Shown here piece after piece: positions 30,415 through 49,250 of a stretch of 64,000 nt of DNA (position 1 is the first letter of the stretch; each line of letters opens with the position of its first letter). The notes under the pieces are model-generated. The model made no database searches and was not told the origin of the DNA. It saw only the letters and a program-made list of their open reading frames with translations. The DNA is from the human T2T-CHM13v2.0 reference genome, Homo sapiens, in the NCBI RefSeq assembly GCF_009914755.1, contig NC_060926.1; one strand, given 5' to 3'. The translations under genes were made by a program, and so were the position numbers.

Positions 30415-32644
30415 TAAGCATAGCTGTAAACCATCCCAGCTCCTTTATTTCCCTGCTTGGCCGAAGATTGCTTTCTGTCATCCCAGTGAGCTGTGCCCTG
30501 TTTGTGGGAGAACCTGCCCTCAGGGATGGATGGAACCAGCCCAGCAACAACCCACCCCTCAGCCACTTCTAGAATCACCCAGGAAGGGCCTTCACAGCCA
30601 GGCTGATGTCCCCTCACTGAACACAAGGGCAACGGAGGCCAGGTGGGTAGCTATGCTGAGCTCATTCACATTCCTCGACCCCAGTAGAATCACAGTCATC
30701 GACAGCCCAGTGTGGATCCTAGGACGGGGCCTGGTAGACAAAGAGATGGCTGGGACTATGCAGCGTGCCTGGTCTCCCAGCGGAACACGTGATGCACCCA
30801 TGCTGACACCTGCTGACACCTGAGCTCCACAAGACCCTGACATGAGCAGTGTGGCCTTGGGGGCGTGTGGCCTTGGGGGCATGTGGCCCATCTGTTAAAG
30901 GGGCTCCTGCCACTCTGTCCATCTCACTGGGTTACGGTGGGGATGCTCCTAGGGCCCGTCTGAAAAAGCAGTTTGGGAACTAGCAGGTGACACACAGTGC
31001 TGCTGGGCATCAGGCCACTTGCTCTGGACCAGCCTGGAAGCCAGGAACCTCATGTCTTGTCCCAGGCACCTCCCTGCACCCGTCCTCACTGCATCCTCAG
31101 CAGGACACAGAGAGAAGGGGCCTGGCCCCAGGAGTGTCCCAGCCTCATTGCATTTCCTGAGCTGGGCAGAAGGGACCCCTGTCTGTTGGCTTTGCTGGCT
31201 GCTCACCCCACAGGCTCCCCTGATGCTGAGGCCTCCCCTAAGCCGGTGTGGACACAGGAGGGATTGGTGGTGGGTAAAGCTGGGAAACTGCAGGAGCCCG
31301 CCGGGGTGAGGGCAAGAGGGCTAGGCCTGCAGATCCCAGTTCCAACCAGGATCCCAGATCAGAGGGGCAGGGTGGGCCTCGGGGTATGGAGGGTCCCAGA
31401 CACCAGGCCCCACCCAGGAGGGTGGCAGGAAGAGGACTGTTGTACTGCTCCAGCTGCCCAAGGGACACGTGTGTGCCCAGCTCAGGATGAAAGGTCTGGA
31501 AACGGCACCTCCATGGGGCCTGGGGTCCTCCAAGGAGCACGCTGTGAAGGAGCCCTTGACAGGCAGCTCTGAGCCGGGCTCGGTGCCCAGGACTGAGCCT
31601 CTGCAGTCTTCCCTGACACCTCGGAACCCAGTGTCAGCTGCCTGCAGACTGCGAGGAAGGGCCCCGCCCCATCCCGGACTGGCCACTCCCGTGGGTATCC
31701 TTCTCAGTTCCAGCCTCCTCCGCAGGGCCACGCATGGCTGTCCTGCCCAAGGCTCCAATAAGAAGGACTTTTTAAAGGTCTCTCAAGGCTGGGGACAGGG
31801 TGCAGGCAGGCGTTGTCTGAGCAGAATGACAAGAGCTGGGCTGGCAAGAGATTTGCCACTTCCATTCATGAGATGGGGATGGCCACACCGGGCGGTGCCC
31901 AGGGAGGGGTTAACCCCTCTAGGCCACCCCCAAAGGAAGAATAACAGACCTGGGAGGAAGGGCAGGTGCCTGCTGGTCCCCCTCAATTCAGACTCGGGAT
32001 CCCTGAGTGGGGCTGCCCAGTAGGATAATCCCCCCACCCCTGCCGCCCCTCCATGATCAGGCAGGGCCAGCCGGCAGCCTCCAGCCTGGGCAGCACTCCC
32101 TGCCTCTGTCCACCCTCCTCATGCCAGGAGCCTACCATTCCTACCAGTCCTCTCCTTTCTGCACCCCAGAAGCCTGTCTCCACACTGGAGGAGAGGCTGA
32201 GATGTCCTGTGGGTCAGCCTCACCTCCATGTAAGTGTGGATCGCTATCCCCTTCTCCAGGGAGGCTGAGGCCAAGGGCCAGGCTAAGACAAGGCAGAAGT
32301 TTCTCCTACTTCAGACTTGCAGGGGTCATAAGCCCCAGCATCACCCTGGAATGCGGGTCACCAGGCCATGAGGCTGAACTAGGGGTGCCCCAGAACTGGG
32401 CAAGAAGCCCTGGGCGAGGCTTTGGGGGAGGGCGGCTGGGCCAGGGAAGTACTGTCGGTTGGTGGAAAAGATAGAAGAGTCCAGGAAGGCTGGACACAGG
32501 CGGCCAAGCCAGGGCGACCAGGAGACAAGAAGGTCCTCTCCAGGGTCCCGGTTGTGCTAAGTGCCCTAGCCTCCCTGCAGAGGGCTCTCTCCAGCTCCGC
32601 CTGCCCTGGGGACCCGTGAAGAGGCCAAGGCAACAGTGCAGTGA

Positions 32645-32650
32645 TTTATT
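32645..32650 (-). terminator. ECEL1: ECEL1 poly(A) signal
   Basis: TTTATT on + (AATAAA on -), ~310 nt past the stop codon. Confidence 0.85.
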
Positions 32651-32957
32651 GACCAGACTTTGCAGCAAGAACACAGCGAAGGTGGGGCCCGTACAATCCA
32701 GCCTGGCAGAGGGTCTGGCCCCCTTAGAGCAGAATCTGGGGACCCCAGTATATTTCCCTCACAGCCCCCCAAAGTCCAGCCTCACCCTGCTCCAGGCCCC
32801 TCCTGAAGTGAGGGGCAGCAGGCGGACCGGGTCCTGGAGGGGCTGGAAGGCAGGTGGTGCCCAGAGCGGGGCTGGCACCGGGTGCATGCCTGCCCCGGTA
32901 GCCAGCAGGAGGTGATTCGTGCGGGGGCAGTGGGGGCGTGCAGGCGGGCAGCCAGGC

Positions 32958-39689
<6,732 letters not shown>

Positions 39690-40384
39690 CTATGAGGGTT
39701 CGGCGGGGCCACCACCCCCGGGTGCACAGTGGAGTCTTCCCCCCTGTCCCCTCCCTGCACACACTTGAGGGCCGCAGGGTTGGGAGGGCTCTTATTGGAA
39801 GCAAGAGGCGCCAGGCAAGGGGCCTGGCACGTAGTGGGCCTTCATTGAAAGGTCGTCCCTCTTCCCCTTCGCCTTTCTCTTCCACGACCTGCCCCAGCCA
39901 AGGCCGGGTGGAGTGGGGGAAGAAGCGGAGGCTGGAGTGAGGAGGTGCGGTCAGGGGCGCGTCTATGCGACACTTTCAGCTCTCCGCGCTGGACCCAGAC
40001 AGACGCTCCGCAAAGCGGCCAAAGAACCAAACTTTGTCCTCGCGGAAGTCCGCGGGATCGACCACGCCAACCCCGCTCCCTGGCTCCTTCTGCTCGGTGG
40101 CCCGACGGCCCACTCGCCCCTTCCCTAGGGGCGCGCGCCAACGCCCCAGGGTGGCGGACACACAACCCACCCACTGGACGGCCCTGATGGAGAACCCGAG
40201 ACGGGTTCCCTCCCCCCACTCCCACCATCTCTGTCCCCGCCCCGAGCCACTCCTGGCTTCAACAGGTTCTCCCCAGAACCCAAACTTGGGCGAAGTTTCA
40301 CCCCCGGCGGGGAGCGAGCTGGCTGGCGACCCCCGAGCCCCGGCGCCGTGCGGCGCAGTCCGCGGAGCCCGAGAGCCGAGCCCG

Positions 40385-40420
40385 GGAGCCGCAGCCGCAG
40401 CCGCAGCCGGAGCCGCAGCC
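40385..40420. repeat. G(C/G)AGCC hexamer x6 in ECEL1 intron 1
   Basis: ggagcc gcagcc gcagcc gcagcc ggagcc gcagcc. Confidence 0.9.
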
Positions 40421-40523
40421 GAGAGGACGCAGACAAAGCCGGGAGGCTCCGCGCAGTGGCGGCGGCGGCGACGGAAGTGGCCGCGATGGTGGCCTCAGCG
40501 GCAGGGACTCGGGCGCCACTTAC

Positions 40524-40630
40524 CCGGCAGGTGCGCGCCCGAGCCGGCGGTGACCGAGCGGGTCGGGCCCGAGCGGGGGCCTGAGCCGCAGCGCAGCCGA
40601 GCGGGCGTCCGGTGTCTCCCAGCGCCCGCC
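40524..40630 (-). other. ECEL1: ECEL1 non-coding exon 1 (TSS approximate)
   Basis: Strong donor CGG|GTAAGT with GT at 40523-40522 inside the CpG island. Confidence 0.7.
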
Positions 40631-43600
40631 GCCTCCTCTGCCTCCGCGCCGAGCCCGCCGCGCCGCCCGCCTGCCGGCCCGAGGGAGGGGGCGCGCCGGC
40701 GGCTCCACCCTCCTCCGCCCGCCCCGCGCGCCCCTCCTTCCTCCTGCATCTCTCGGGCCACCTGGCAGTGGGGCGGCAGCGCGGACGTGGGTCGGCGGCC
40801 GCGGAGACAGGCTCCCGGGGGTCGTGCGCGGGCTGCGGTCGGGGACTCCGGGTCCAGTCGCGTTCCGAGACGAGTGAGGGCAGCGAGTACTCCCGTGAAG
40901 GGTCCCCTCCGATCCAGTGTCCCCACTCCCAGCCGCCCACCAGCCGGCTGGAAAGGGGCTGGAGCTGGAGATGAGGAGCCGAGGACTCCTCCGAAGGGCT
41001 GGGGGCGGTGTCAGTAGTGCCTGTGTCTGCCGGCACAGTCCCTGGCGCAGAGCGCACCTTCACTAACCGGCTTTTTTGTCCTCCTTGGAACCCCTGCCCT
41101 GGATGGGCTCTCCACTAGGGCTTCTGGTTGGCCTCGCTCCCTTCACCTAGCCCCTGGTGAAGGGAGCTCAGCGGGGACTCCTGCAAGAAGAGGGCTTGCC
41201 GCCCCCTTCCCCATCCTCCCCAGCCTTGGGTGGCCCTGGCACCACGGCTCAGGGAGTCCCTGGCCCAGGTAGGAAGAAAAGGCCAAGAGAAGAATGAGCG
41301 AAGTCTCCCTGCTGGAGCCAGGGAAGGCTGGAGCCTGCCCCCTCTGGCCAGCAGCCCTAGGCCTCAGACAGGCCCTGAGCCTCAAGACCCTGGTATGTGG
41401 ACTGATGGGAGGGCAGGCTGGGTGCAGGGACTCTGAATTTACTCACCGCCTGCCTTCTTCCAGGTAAACTGGCTTTTTAAATGTGGGGCCTCCCCACTGC
41501 CTGGAGGCAAAGCCCTCTTCTACCTGCCTGCCTGCCTTGGCCAGACAGCCTGGCCCTAATGGGACACAGAGAACTTGGGGCTCCTTGGAAGACTGATACT
41601 GTTTCTGGAGTCTCTGCTTTCTCTGCCCTACCCTGCCTCTGGTGTCTCTAGCAGGAGACCCCACAAAGCACCAGCCCTCCCAGGTCTGCCGGCTCCAGCC
41701 CGTAGGATTGGCTTAAACAATGTGTGAGAGCCATGGAGCACCATCTAATAAAAATCACAACAAGGTAGGGACTCTGATAACCTACCCATCATCCTGTTCT
41801 CCTCCTCAGGGTCTGTGCATCTGCCCAGCTCCTGAGCCCTGGCCCTGAGTGCCGGCCTCTGCCCCTGTCTTGCCTCTCCCTGCCTCTTCATCTCTCCATC
41901 TCTAAGCCCCCACTCCGGATACCCTGCCTCCATCTCTGGCCACCCCAGGGTTGTCCTCTGCCCCATGCATCCTTCTTGGGTCCTATTAATTCTAAAGAGG
42001 AAAAATGGAATTACTTATAATGTGGCGATTCCATGAAGGGGGGAGGGGAGGGCAGGGAGGTGGCAAAGTGGCTCTTTGTGCTTTTAATCTGCATTTTTCC
42101 CTCAATGTTCCCGTCTCCAGGAGGATAATTTTCCAGCCTTTTCAGGCCCTGATTGGTATCATTTCTCCAGCAAGGACAGCTTTTATTTTCCCCGAAATGA
42201 ATGCCATGAAATTTCCAAGAAATGTAAAAATGGATATTGTCTCAGAGAGCCTCTTCCGACAGAAAGGCACAGAGGCAAACACGCTTCCCTAGGGACTCTT
42301 CTGCTCCAGTCCCGGGGGTGGGGTGGGGGGCAGCCCCCAGGCCCTCAGTCTCTCCTCCCTCCTTTTGCCCTCCCTCATCCCTTCCTCCTCCCTCCCGGGT
42401 CAGCTCTGGGACCCCCCTTCCAGCCACCCTCTCCCAGACTCAGCTGCTATTGGTCTGCTCATGGGCCTCCCGACTCCCTGCCGGGCGACCTGCCTGGCTC
42501 CACCTCACCTTTTCTTTTCACATCGCATCCCCCAGCCCCGGGCTGAGAGCAGCAACCAGGGCCTACAGGAGTTGACTTGGAATTGGGCCCTCTGACCCCT
42601 CAGTCCTGGCCACCCCACACAGACTGCCAATAAAGAGAAGTCAGAGGCCCACCTCCTTGACTCTCCGGCACCTTCTCTGTAAGGGAAGCTGGCACTGTAG
42701 GGGAGTAGGCACCAGTGGTCTGGCCTGTAGCTTGCTCACTCTTTTGGGGGATCTCTTCCTACCCCTAATTACCAAGATGACCCCATGACTCATGAGAAAG
42801 AGAATGACAGGCCACAGTGGTGCCCAGCTAAACCCAGCCAAGCCCTGACTGAGGCAGCTGGGTGCCCAGCTTCAGGGAGCAGTTGGGTGCTGCCAGAGCT
42901 GCCTTGGAGAGAAAAGGCCCGAGGGGATGCAAGGGGGCAGAGATGAGGGGTTCAGAACCTGACTCTCTGTCTCCTCCTTGACCAAGGGTAGATCCCAGCA
43001 ACTCTGCCGAACAGGGCATCACTTGGTTTGGGTTCTGGACATAGAGCCCTCCCTGAGGACAGTGTGCTGTCACCAGTAGCTTGCATCTGTTGCACGTTCA
43101 CCATGTGGGCTGCTAAGTGCCCTGCTCTGAGGTGGGGCTGCCCACCTAACGCCGGGCCTGGTCCTGACTGGAGCCCATTTGTGGTCAGACCCGCCTCTCT
43201 CCTGCGGCCTGCACGTGGGTGGGGATGAACCCCTTGCCCTGCCTCGGTGTGCTGCAGCAGGGTGTCAGCTCCAGGACGAGCCCCGCCAGCCTCCACCCTG
43301 TCCAACCAGGCCCTACTCCTCCCCTGCAGATCTGTGGTATCTTCTGAGCCCTAAAAACACGCCTCCAGCCAGCTTCCTGTCCTCCACCCGGCCTCTCGGG
43401 GCTCATCCCATCTATTATTCACAGCACAAAATGGATTTTTAATTTGAGAAATGAAATGACTCTCCCAAGTGGCCGGGGTGGCAGGGAGGGGGTGGAGGAA
43501 GGCCGGAGCCGCCGTGGCCGCCACAGCCGCCACGGTGCTGACTCAGGTTCATCTTGGAAAGCTCGGGGCCCACAGCCGAACTGAGAGACCCCAAAGGCCC

Positions 43601-44864
43601 AGTACCCCACCACTCTGCCCCAGGCCTCCACTCCTCCCCATTGCTGTGACCAGGTGGGGTGACGGGTGCCCGTTGGTCCTGCCTGAGCCTCCAGTGGGGC
43701 CTACCTCTGGCAGGGCGGTCGGGGGGACAGCTGGATCTGTCCTCCACTGGCTTTCAGATTCCTGTGCCTCAAGGGCAGCCCTTGGGCTCCCTGGCCTGGC
43801 CTATCACCTCCCCACACCCCCCGGCCCTCCTGGCCTGGCTTCCTCCACCCTGTCCAGACCTCTGGCTGAGCTCCTTTGCTAGGTCCTGACCCCACACTAG
43901 GCCCACTCCGGCCTCGACTGCTGGCACTGGCCTCCGCTGCTGGACACCTGGCCTCCACTCTGGCCTCCACGGCAGAACCCCTCCTCACCCCTCACGGGGG
44001 AGCTCAGGCATCTTAGTGTGGCCCACAAGGCAGGGCCTCCTCCTGGCTCTTCTCTGTCTTTGTCCCTCTCTGCCTCCCCACCCCCATACCTCCCTCTTTC
44101 CTCTGGTTACTCTGATCTATTTCCATTTCCCAGAACATGGCTGGCTCTGTCATCCCTCAGGCCTTAGCACTTGCTGTTTCAGCTGCCTGGAACACCCTTC
44201 CCCCGTCCCCTCTTACGGTGGCCAATTGCCAACCATCCTTCAGGGCCACCTGGAAGTGGCCTCTCCCATCTGGTCAGGTGCTGCCTCCACAGGCCCCTAC
44301 TCCACCGGATGCAAAGTCTCTCCTATGGCAGCCCCTGTTCTTCCCCTCCAGGTAGCCCGCGGCCCCTTCTGGAGCCCAGGACAGGGGACGCATATGATAA
44401 ACTCAGGTGACGTCCGTGATCAGTTCATGGAGATGCCCTGCCTGAAGCATCTCTCAGCGCCAAGCCATACACCAGGCACAGCACCCAGGCAAACCTGCCC
44501 AGGCTCTCAGATCCTGAACACCTTTCCTTTGCTCTGGAACCCACCAGATGACAAAGTGGGGGCCACTTTTCCACCCTCCTGCACCCCTCCTCTCCACTCT
44601 GAACCCCGTGGTAGGCTTTGTCCTCGCCATGCATAGACTCCTCTTGGGGTCACCTCCCAACCTCTGGAGCAATGTTGTTTTTGTACAAGAAACATGTAAA
44701 TATTCTCTTGTTTTAAAATATTGAAGCCACACAAGTTTGTAGAGGAGAAACATGAAAGTCCTCGTTCACGCAGCCCCAGCCCTCCCAAGGTAAGGCCAGG
44801 TAGGCTCTGCGACCACTGCAGGGGGAGCATCTAGGCCCACCTGGGTATCACTTTATTTTATCGT

Positions 44865-45157
44865 CTTTTTTGTTGTTGTTTTAGAGATGACGTCTCGTTG
44901 TGTTTCCCAGAGAGAGTGCAGTGGTGCAATCACACCTCCCTGCAGCCTGGATCTCCTACGCTCAAGTGATCCTCCCACCTTGGCCTCCAAAGTAGCTGGG
45001 ACTACAGGTGTTCCTACCATGCCTGGCCAATTTTTTTTTATTGTGTAGAGACTGGAGTCTCGCTATGTTGCCCAGGCTTGTCTTGAACTCTGGGTGATCC
45101 GCCTACCTCGGCCTCTCAAAGTGCTGGGATTACAAGTGTGGGCCACTGTGCCCAGCC
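44865..45157 (-). mobile_element. Alu (J-like)
   Basis: Diverged dimer. Confidence 0.85.
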
Positions 45158-47744
45158 CTTACTGATTTATTTTTAATAAATAGGACACAATAGGATGGAT
45201 GGTTGAGTGCCTCTCCTCCCCATGTGGCCTGTGCTAGTGTTTCCAAGCCAGAGGTCCTCGGGGTCACCCTCTGTGACTGAGGGATACTTAGGTTGTCTCA
45301 CTCACCCCATCTGGTCTCCAAATCCTAAGGCCTTGGCCCAGAGTTTTGCCTCGCACTCTCCCTCTCTGCCCGCCCTGTCCCACCTTCCCTGCCTCCTGCC
45401 CTTCCTCCATCCCCTGGATGCTGTGCCCAGGTGTTTGGCTCTGGTCCCAGGTCCCACCCACACCTGCTGGCGCTGGAAACTCACTGCACTCCAAACCCAG
45501 CCTTGGAAAGACTTCTCACCTCCTCCTCTCATTCTTATCCCTTTCCTGTCTCCAGCTCTGGCCCCTCCTCCTCCCTTTCTTAGTGGAGAAGGGGGTCTCT
45601 CCCTCCTTGCCTACCTGGGTGCTGCTGCAGTTCTGCCTGTTCCCAGCCACAGCCTCGGTGTAGCCATGGCCACTGTGGCTTCTGAGGCCTCCTGGGTGTG
45701 GTCCCCTCATGCTCCCCTGAGTGTCCCTCCTCTACCAGCATGGCATACTCATAGCACAGCCTTTGTTCGAGCTGTCCCCTCTGCCCAACTTCTGTGTCCC
45801 CAGACCTGTGTCCCTCCTTTAGGTCCATCTCAAGCTTCCAGGATCCCCCTGACAGGCCCCCACCTGAGGAAGCTGCCCAAGGGCCCCTGGCACGGAGGGA
45901 TGCATGCCCCCCAGTGCCCAGCCCGGAGCCTGGCACGTGACCCCAGAGCAGGGGTGCCCAGAGCCTGGGCCAGGCTGAATGGAACAAGGCCCCAGCTCCA
46001 ACCTGGACAGGCCTGTCGCCAACTGTGGGTGGAACAGCCACTGTCACATGCGGAGCGGCTCCCAAGCGCCATGCTCTGCGCCAAGACCTCTATCCCCTCC
46101 ACACTGAACCTCACGCTGAGTAAGCCCACGAGGGAGCCCTGTCGTTGTCCCCAGTTTACAGAGGAAGAAACTGGGGTGCATAGAAGGAAAGGAAGATGCC
46201 CAGGTTCACGCAGAGACTCAGTACTGAAACGGAGGCTTGACCCTGTGTCTGCTGCATTCAGAGTCACAGGGCCATGCACACTGCGAGCTGGGAGATGGAA
46301 GAACAGCTCTGCAGAGGGCAGCAGGGCACTCAGGAACCCAAGTGACGGCAGCTCGGAGCCAGGGTCCCAGCCTGGGACCTCAGGCCCAGAAACTGCGTTG
46401 GAGGTGCCAAAGGTGGCTTTGCTCAGCGACCTCAGGAGGCATCTCAGGGCGTGCAGCCGGGACCTTGGCCTCCGTTCCGATGTCGCCACCTCCACAGGCC
46501 CCTCCTGGATTTCCCTATCTGAAGAGGCCAAGCCATTTTCTGTCTGTGGCACTGGGTACATCCCATACCGCATTTGTCCCTACCTGACGTTATCTTGTGA
46601 CTCGCTATTTTCACGACAGCCTCTCTTCCTCAGCTCTGCTGGAACCCTAGATTTTCCTATTGCCTTGTCCTTCCTACCCAACCTTTAAGTGGCAAGGCCT
46701 TGGCCACAAGGCAGGGAGTCAGGAGTGGGGGCCAGATTTGCAGTCAAAGTCGGATGGTGGCTATGGGGGACAGGAAGGAGGGGGCAGTGGAGAGTCTCCG
46801 GCCAGTGGTCTCTAGCCCTGACAAGCAGGTCCCTTGGGCTCCCCATCTGATGGACAGGCCACGACAGGAGCTCAGCTCCTGCTGCAAGAGGGATGCAAAT
46901 GAGGCTGTGGGGGCTGGGGACACCCCTTCCTGTCAGGGTCTCCATGGCACATTGCCTGGGACTGCAAGGAAGGGCGAGCCTGGGACAGGCAGAGAAGCCT
47001 GAATGGCCTGGAGGGCCACTTCCTTGGCTGCCAGGGTCCTGGGCCTGCAGTCCCCTCCCCCAGCACTCCATCATCATTTCAAGTGATTGGAGCTGAAGGG
47101 GATCGTTAGCTAATTAAAGCTGAGGCCACTAATTGTCCCTTTTGAAGAGAGAGCAGGGCTGTGCAGGGGAGGAGACAGAGGGTCTGGGGAGGGGGATATT
47201 GGCAGGCGGGGGGCTGGGAACAGGGCCATGGCCCCTTGTGGGGCCTTCTTCCAGACTGTGTGTTTGAGGGGTCAGGCATTGTCAGAAGCTCCTTAAAGTG
47301 GGTAAAGGACTAGAGAAGCAGATTTGGCGCTCCCGTGATTCACCCTGCATCACTGTGAATATCAGTGCCCACCTCTGCCCCACCTCTACCCACTGCCACC
47401 CACCCTGGGGCTGTGGGCTGGACAGCACATGGCGAGGCCTCCCACAGGCCTCCTCCTCTGTTGTGTTGATAGGTCAGATTGGAGGACGGGCAACTGGGTA
47501 CAAGGTTCCCCCAACTCCAGCACGGCCCGGAGCAGGAAGCCTGGGTGGCAAGTTTCTGCCTTCCCTTCCACCTGTGACAGCCTCTTGGGGAGGTGCTCAG
47601 GCCTGCCAGGAGTAGCCAGCTGCAAGGTGCATATCCACATGTCACCGGAGAGTGCCAGCTATGCCTGGGGCTGCCCCTCAGCCTGGCACCAAGCTCCCCT
47701 CTTGGCAAGAGGTCCCAGAGCCTGTGACAGAACTACCAAAGAGG

Positions 47745-48440
47745 GTTATTAGTTTTGTATTGCTGCAAAACAAAGTAGCACAAACATAGCTACTTACAAC
47801 AGCACCCTTTTATGACCTCACAGTTTCTGTAGTCAGTGGTCCAGGCACGGCATGCGATTCTCTGCCCATGGCCCCACTGCGCCAAATCGAGATGTCGGCT
47901 GGGGATACGGCGCTCATCTGGGGTTCAGGGGCCTCCTCTAAGCTCAGGGTTTGTGGCAGAATTCAGTTCCTTGAAGTGCTAGAATCAAGGTGTCCACTTT
48001 GGGGTTCTGCTGTCAGCTCCCAGAGGCCCCCTCCATTTCCACAGCCAGCAATGGAGAATTCCCTCCAGTGGAGTCTTCCACTTGCTTCAAGTTTCTGTTT
48101 TCCTCACACTGACCAGCCCGGGAAACTCTCTGCTTTTATTTATTTTTTTTTTAAGAGACGGGGTCTCACTGTATTGTTCAGGCTGGTCTCAAAACTCCTG
48201 GGCTCAAGCAATCCTCCCACCTTGGCCTCCCAAACTGCTAGGATTACAGGCATGAGCCACTGCACTTGGCAAAACTCTCTGATTTTGAAGGGCTCATGTG
48301 CTTAGGTCGGGCCCACCCCAATAATCTCCTTACCTGAAGGTCAAGTCTTTTGGAACCTTAATCACATCTGCAAAATCCCTGCACACCAGTCCCCAGATTT
48401 GTGTTCAGTTGAATAGCGGTGGGATGCGCATGTGTACACC
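47745..48440. mobile_element. MaLR solo LTR (MLT1-like) interrupted by a FLAM (~48135-48270)
   Basis: attagttttgtattgctgc...cacagtttctgtag...ggcagaattcagttccttg...cttaatcacatctgcaaaatccc. Confidence 0.7.
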
Positions 48441-48947
48441 GGGGGCCGGGAATCTTGGGGGCATCTTAGGAGTCTGCCTACCACAATGATGTGGGTCAGA
48501 GAACAAAGACAGCGCTGAGGATAGAAGCAGCTGACTTCCAGGCCAGGCCCTGGGCATTAGTGCTGAATTATCTCATTCACTCCTCAGGACAATCCTAGGA
48601 GCAGGTGCTACTATTATCCCATTTTACAGGGGAAGCAGCTGAGGCCCTGAGAGATTAAGTGACTTTCACAGTCACACAGCCGGTAAATGACCACACTGAG
48701 AGATTAGGGGTATGTGGGGTCTGATCCAGACCCGGCTGTGTGTTCTTAGGAAAGTCATGTACCTGCTCTGGGCCTCTGGGAAATGGATGCTGAGGTCTGT
48801 TCCCCATAGACAAGTGGGTGAGACTTGGGGCCATGTTGCAGGGACTCAGCAGTCTAATCTGTGCCCCCACCACAGGTAGCTGGCATCTGTGACACCCAAT
48901 GAGCTGGGGTCCCTGCTGTCAGCTGTCCATTCACTGCCAGTCTGACT

Positions 48948-49250
48948 TCTTTTTTTTTTTTTTTTTTTTGAGACAGAGTCTCACTCTTGTCGCCCAGGCT
49001 GGCTGCAGTGGTGGGATCTAGGCTCACTGCAACCTCTGCCTCCCGGGTTCATGCGATTCTTCTGCCTTGGCCTCCCGAGTAGCTGGGATTACAGGCACCC
49101 GCCACCACGCCCGGCTAATTTTTGTACTTTCAGTAGAGATGGGGTTTCACCATGTTGGCCAGGATGGTCTCAAACTCTTGACCTCAGGTGATCCACCCTC
49201 CTCGGCCTCCCAAAGTGCTGGGATTGCAGGCGTGAGCCACCTCACCTGGC
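48948..49250 (-). mobile_element. Alu (S-like) with TSD
   Basis: TSD CCAGTCTGAC at 48937-48946 and 49251-49260. Confidence 0.95.

Noticed and set aside
39965-41063. 350-aa (+) and 312-aa (-) ORFs over the ECEL1 promoter
   Set aside because: Stop-codon scarcity in a CpG island; Arg/Ala/Pro/Gly low complexity.
45207-46688. 493-aa ORF on +
   Set aside because: Non-ATG start, Pro/Leu/Ser-rich with no recognisable domain, runs through MIR-like sequence; expected by chance in GC-rich DNA.
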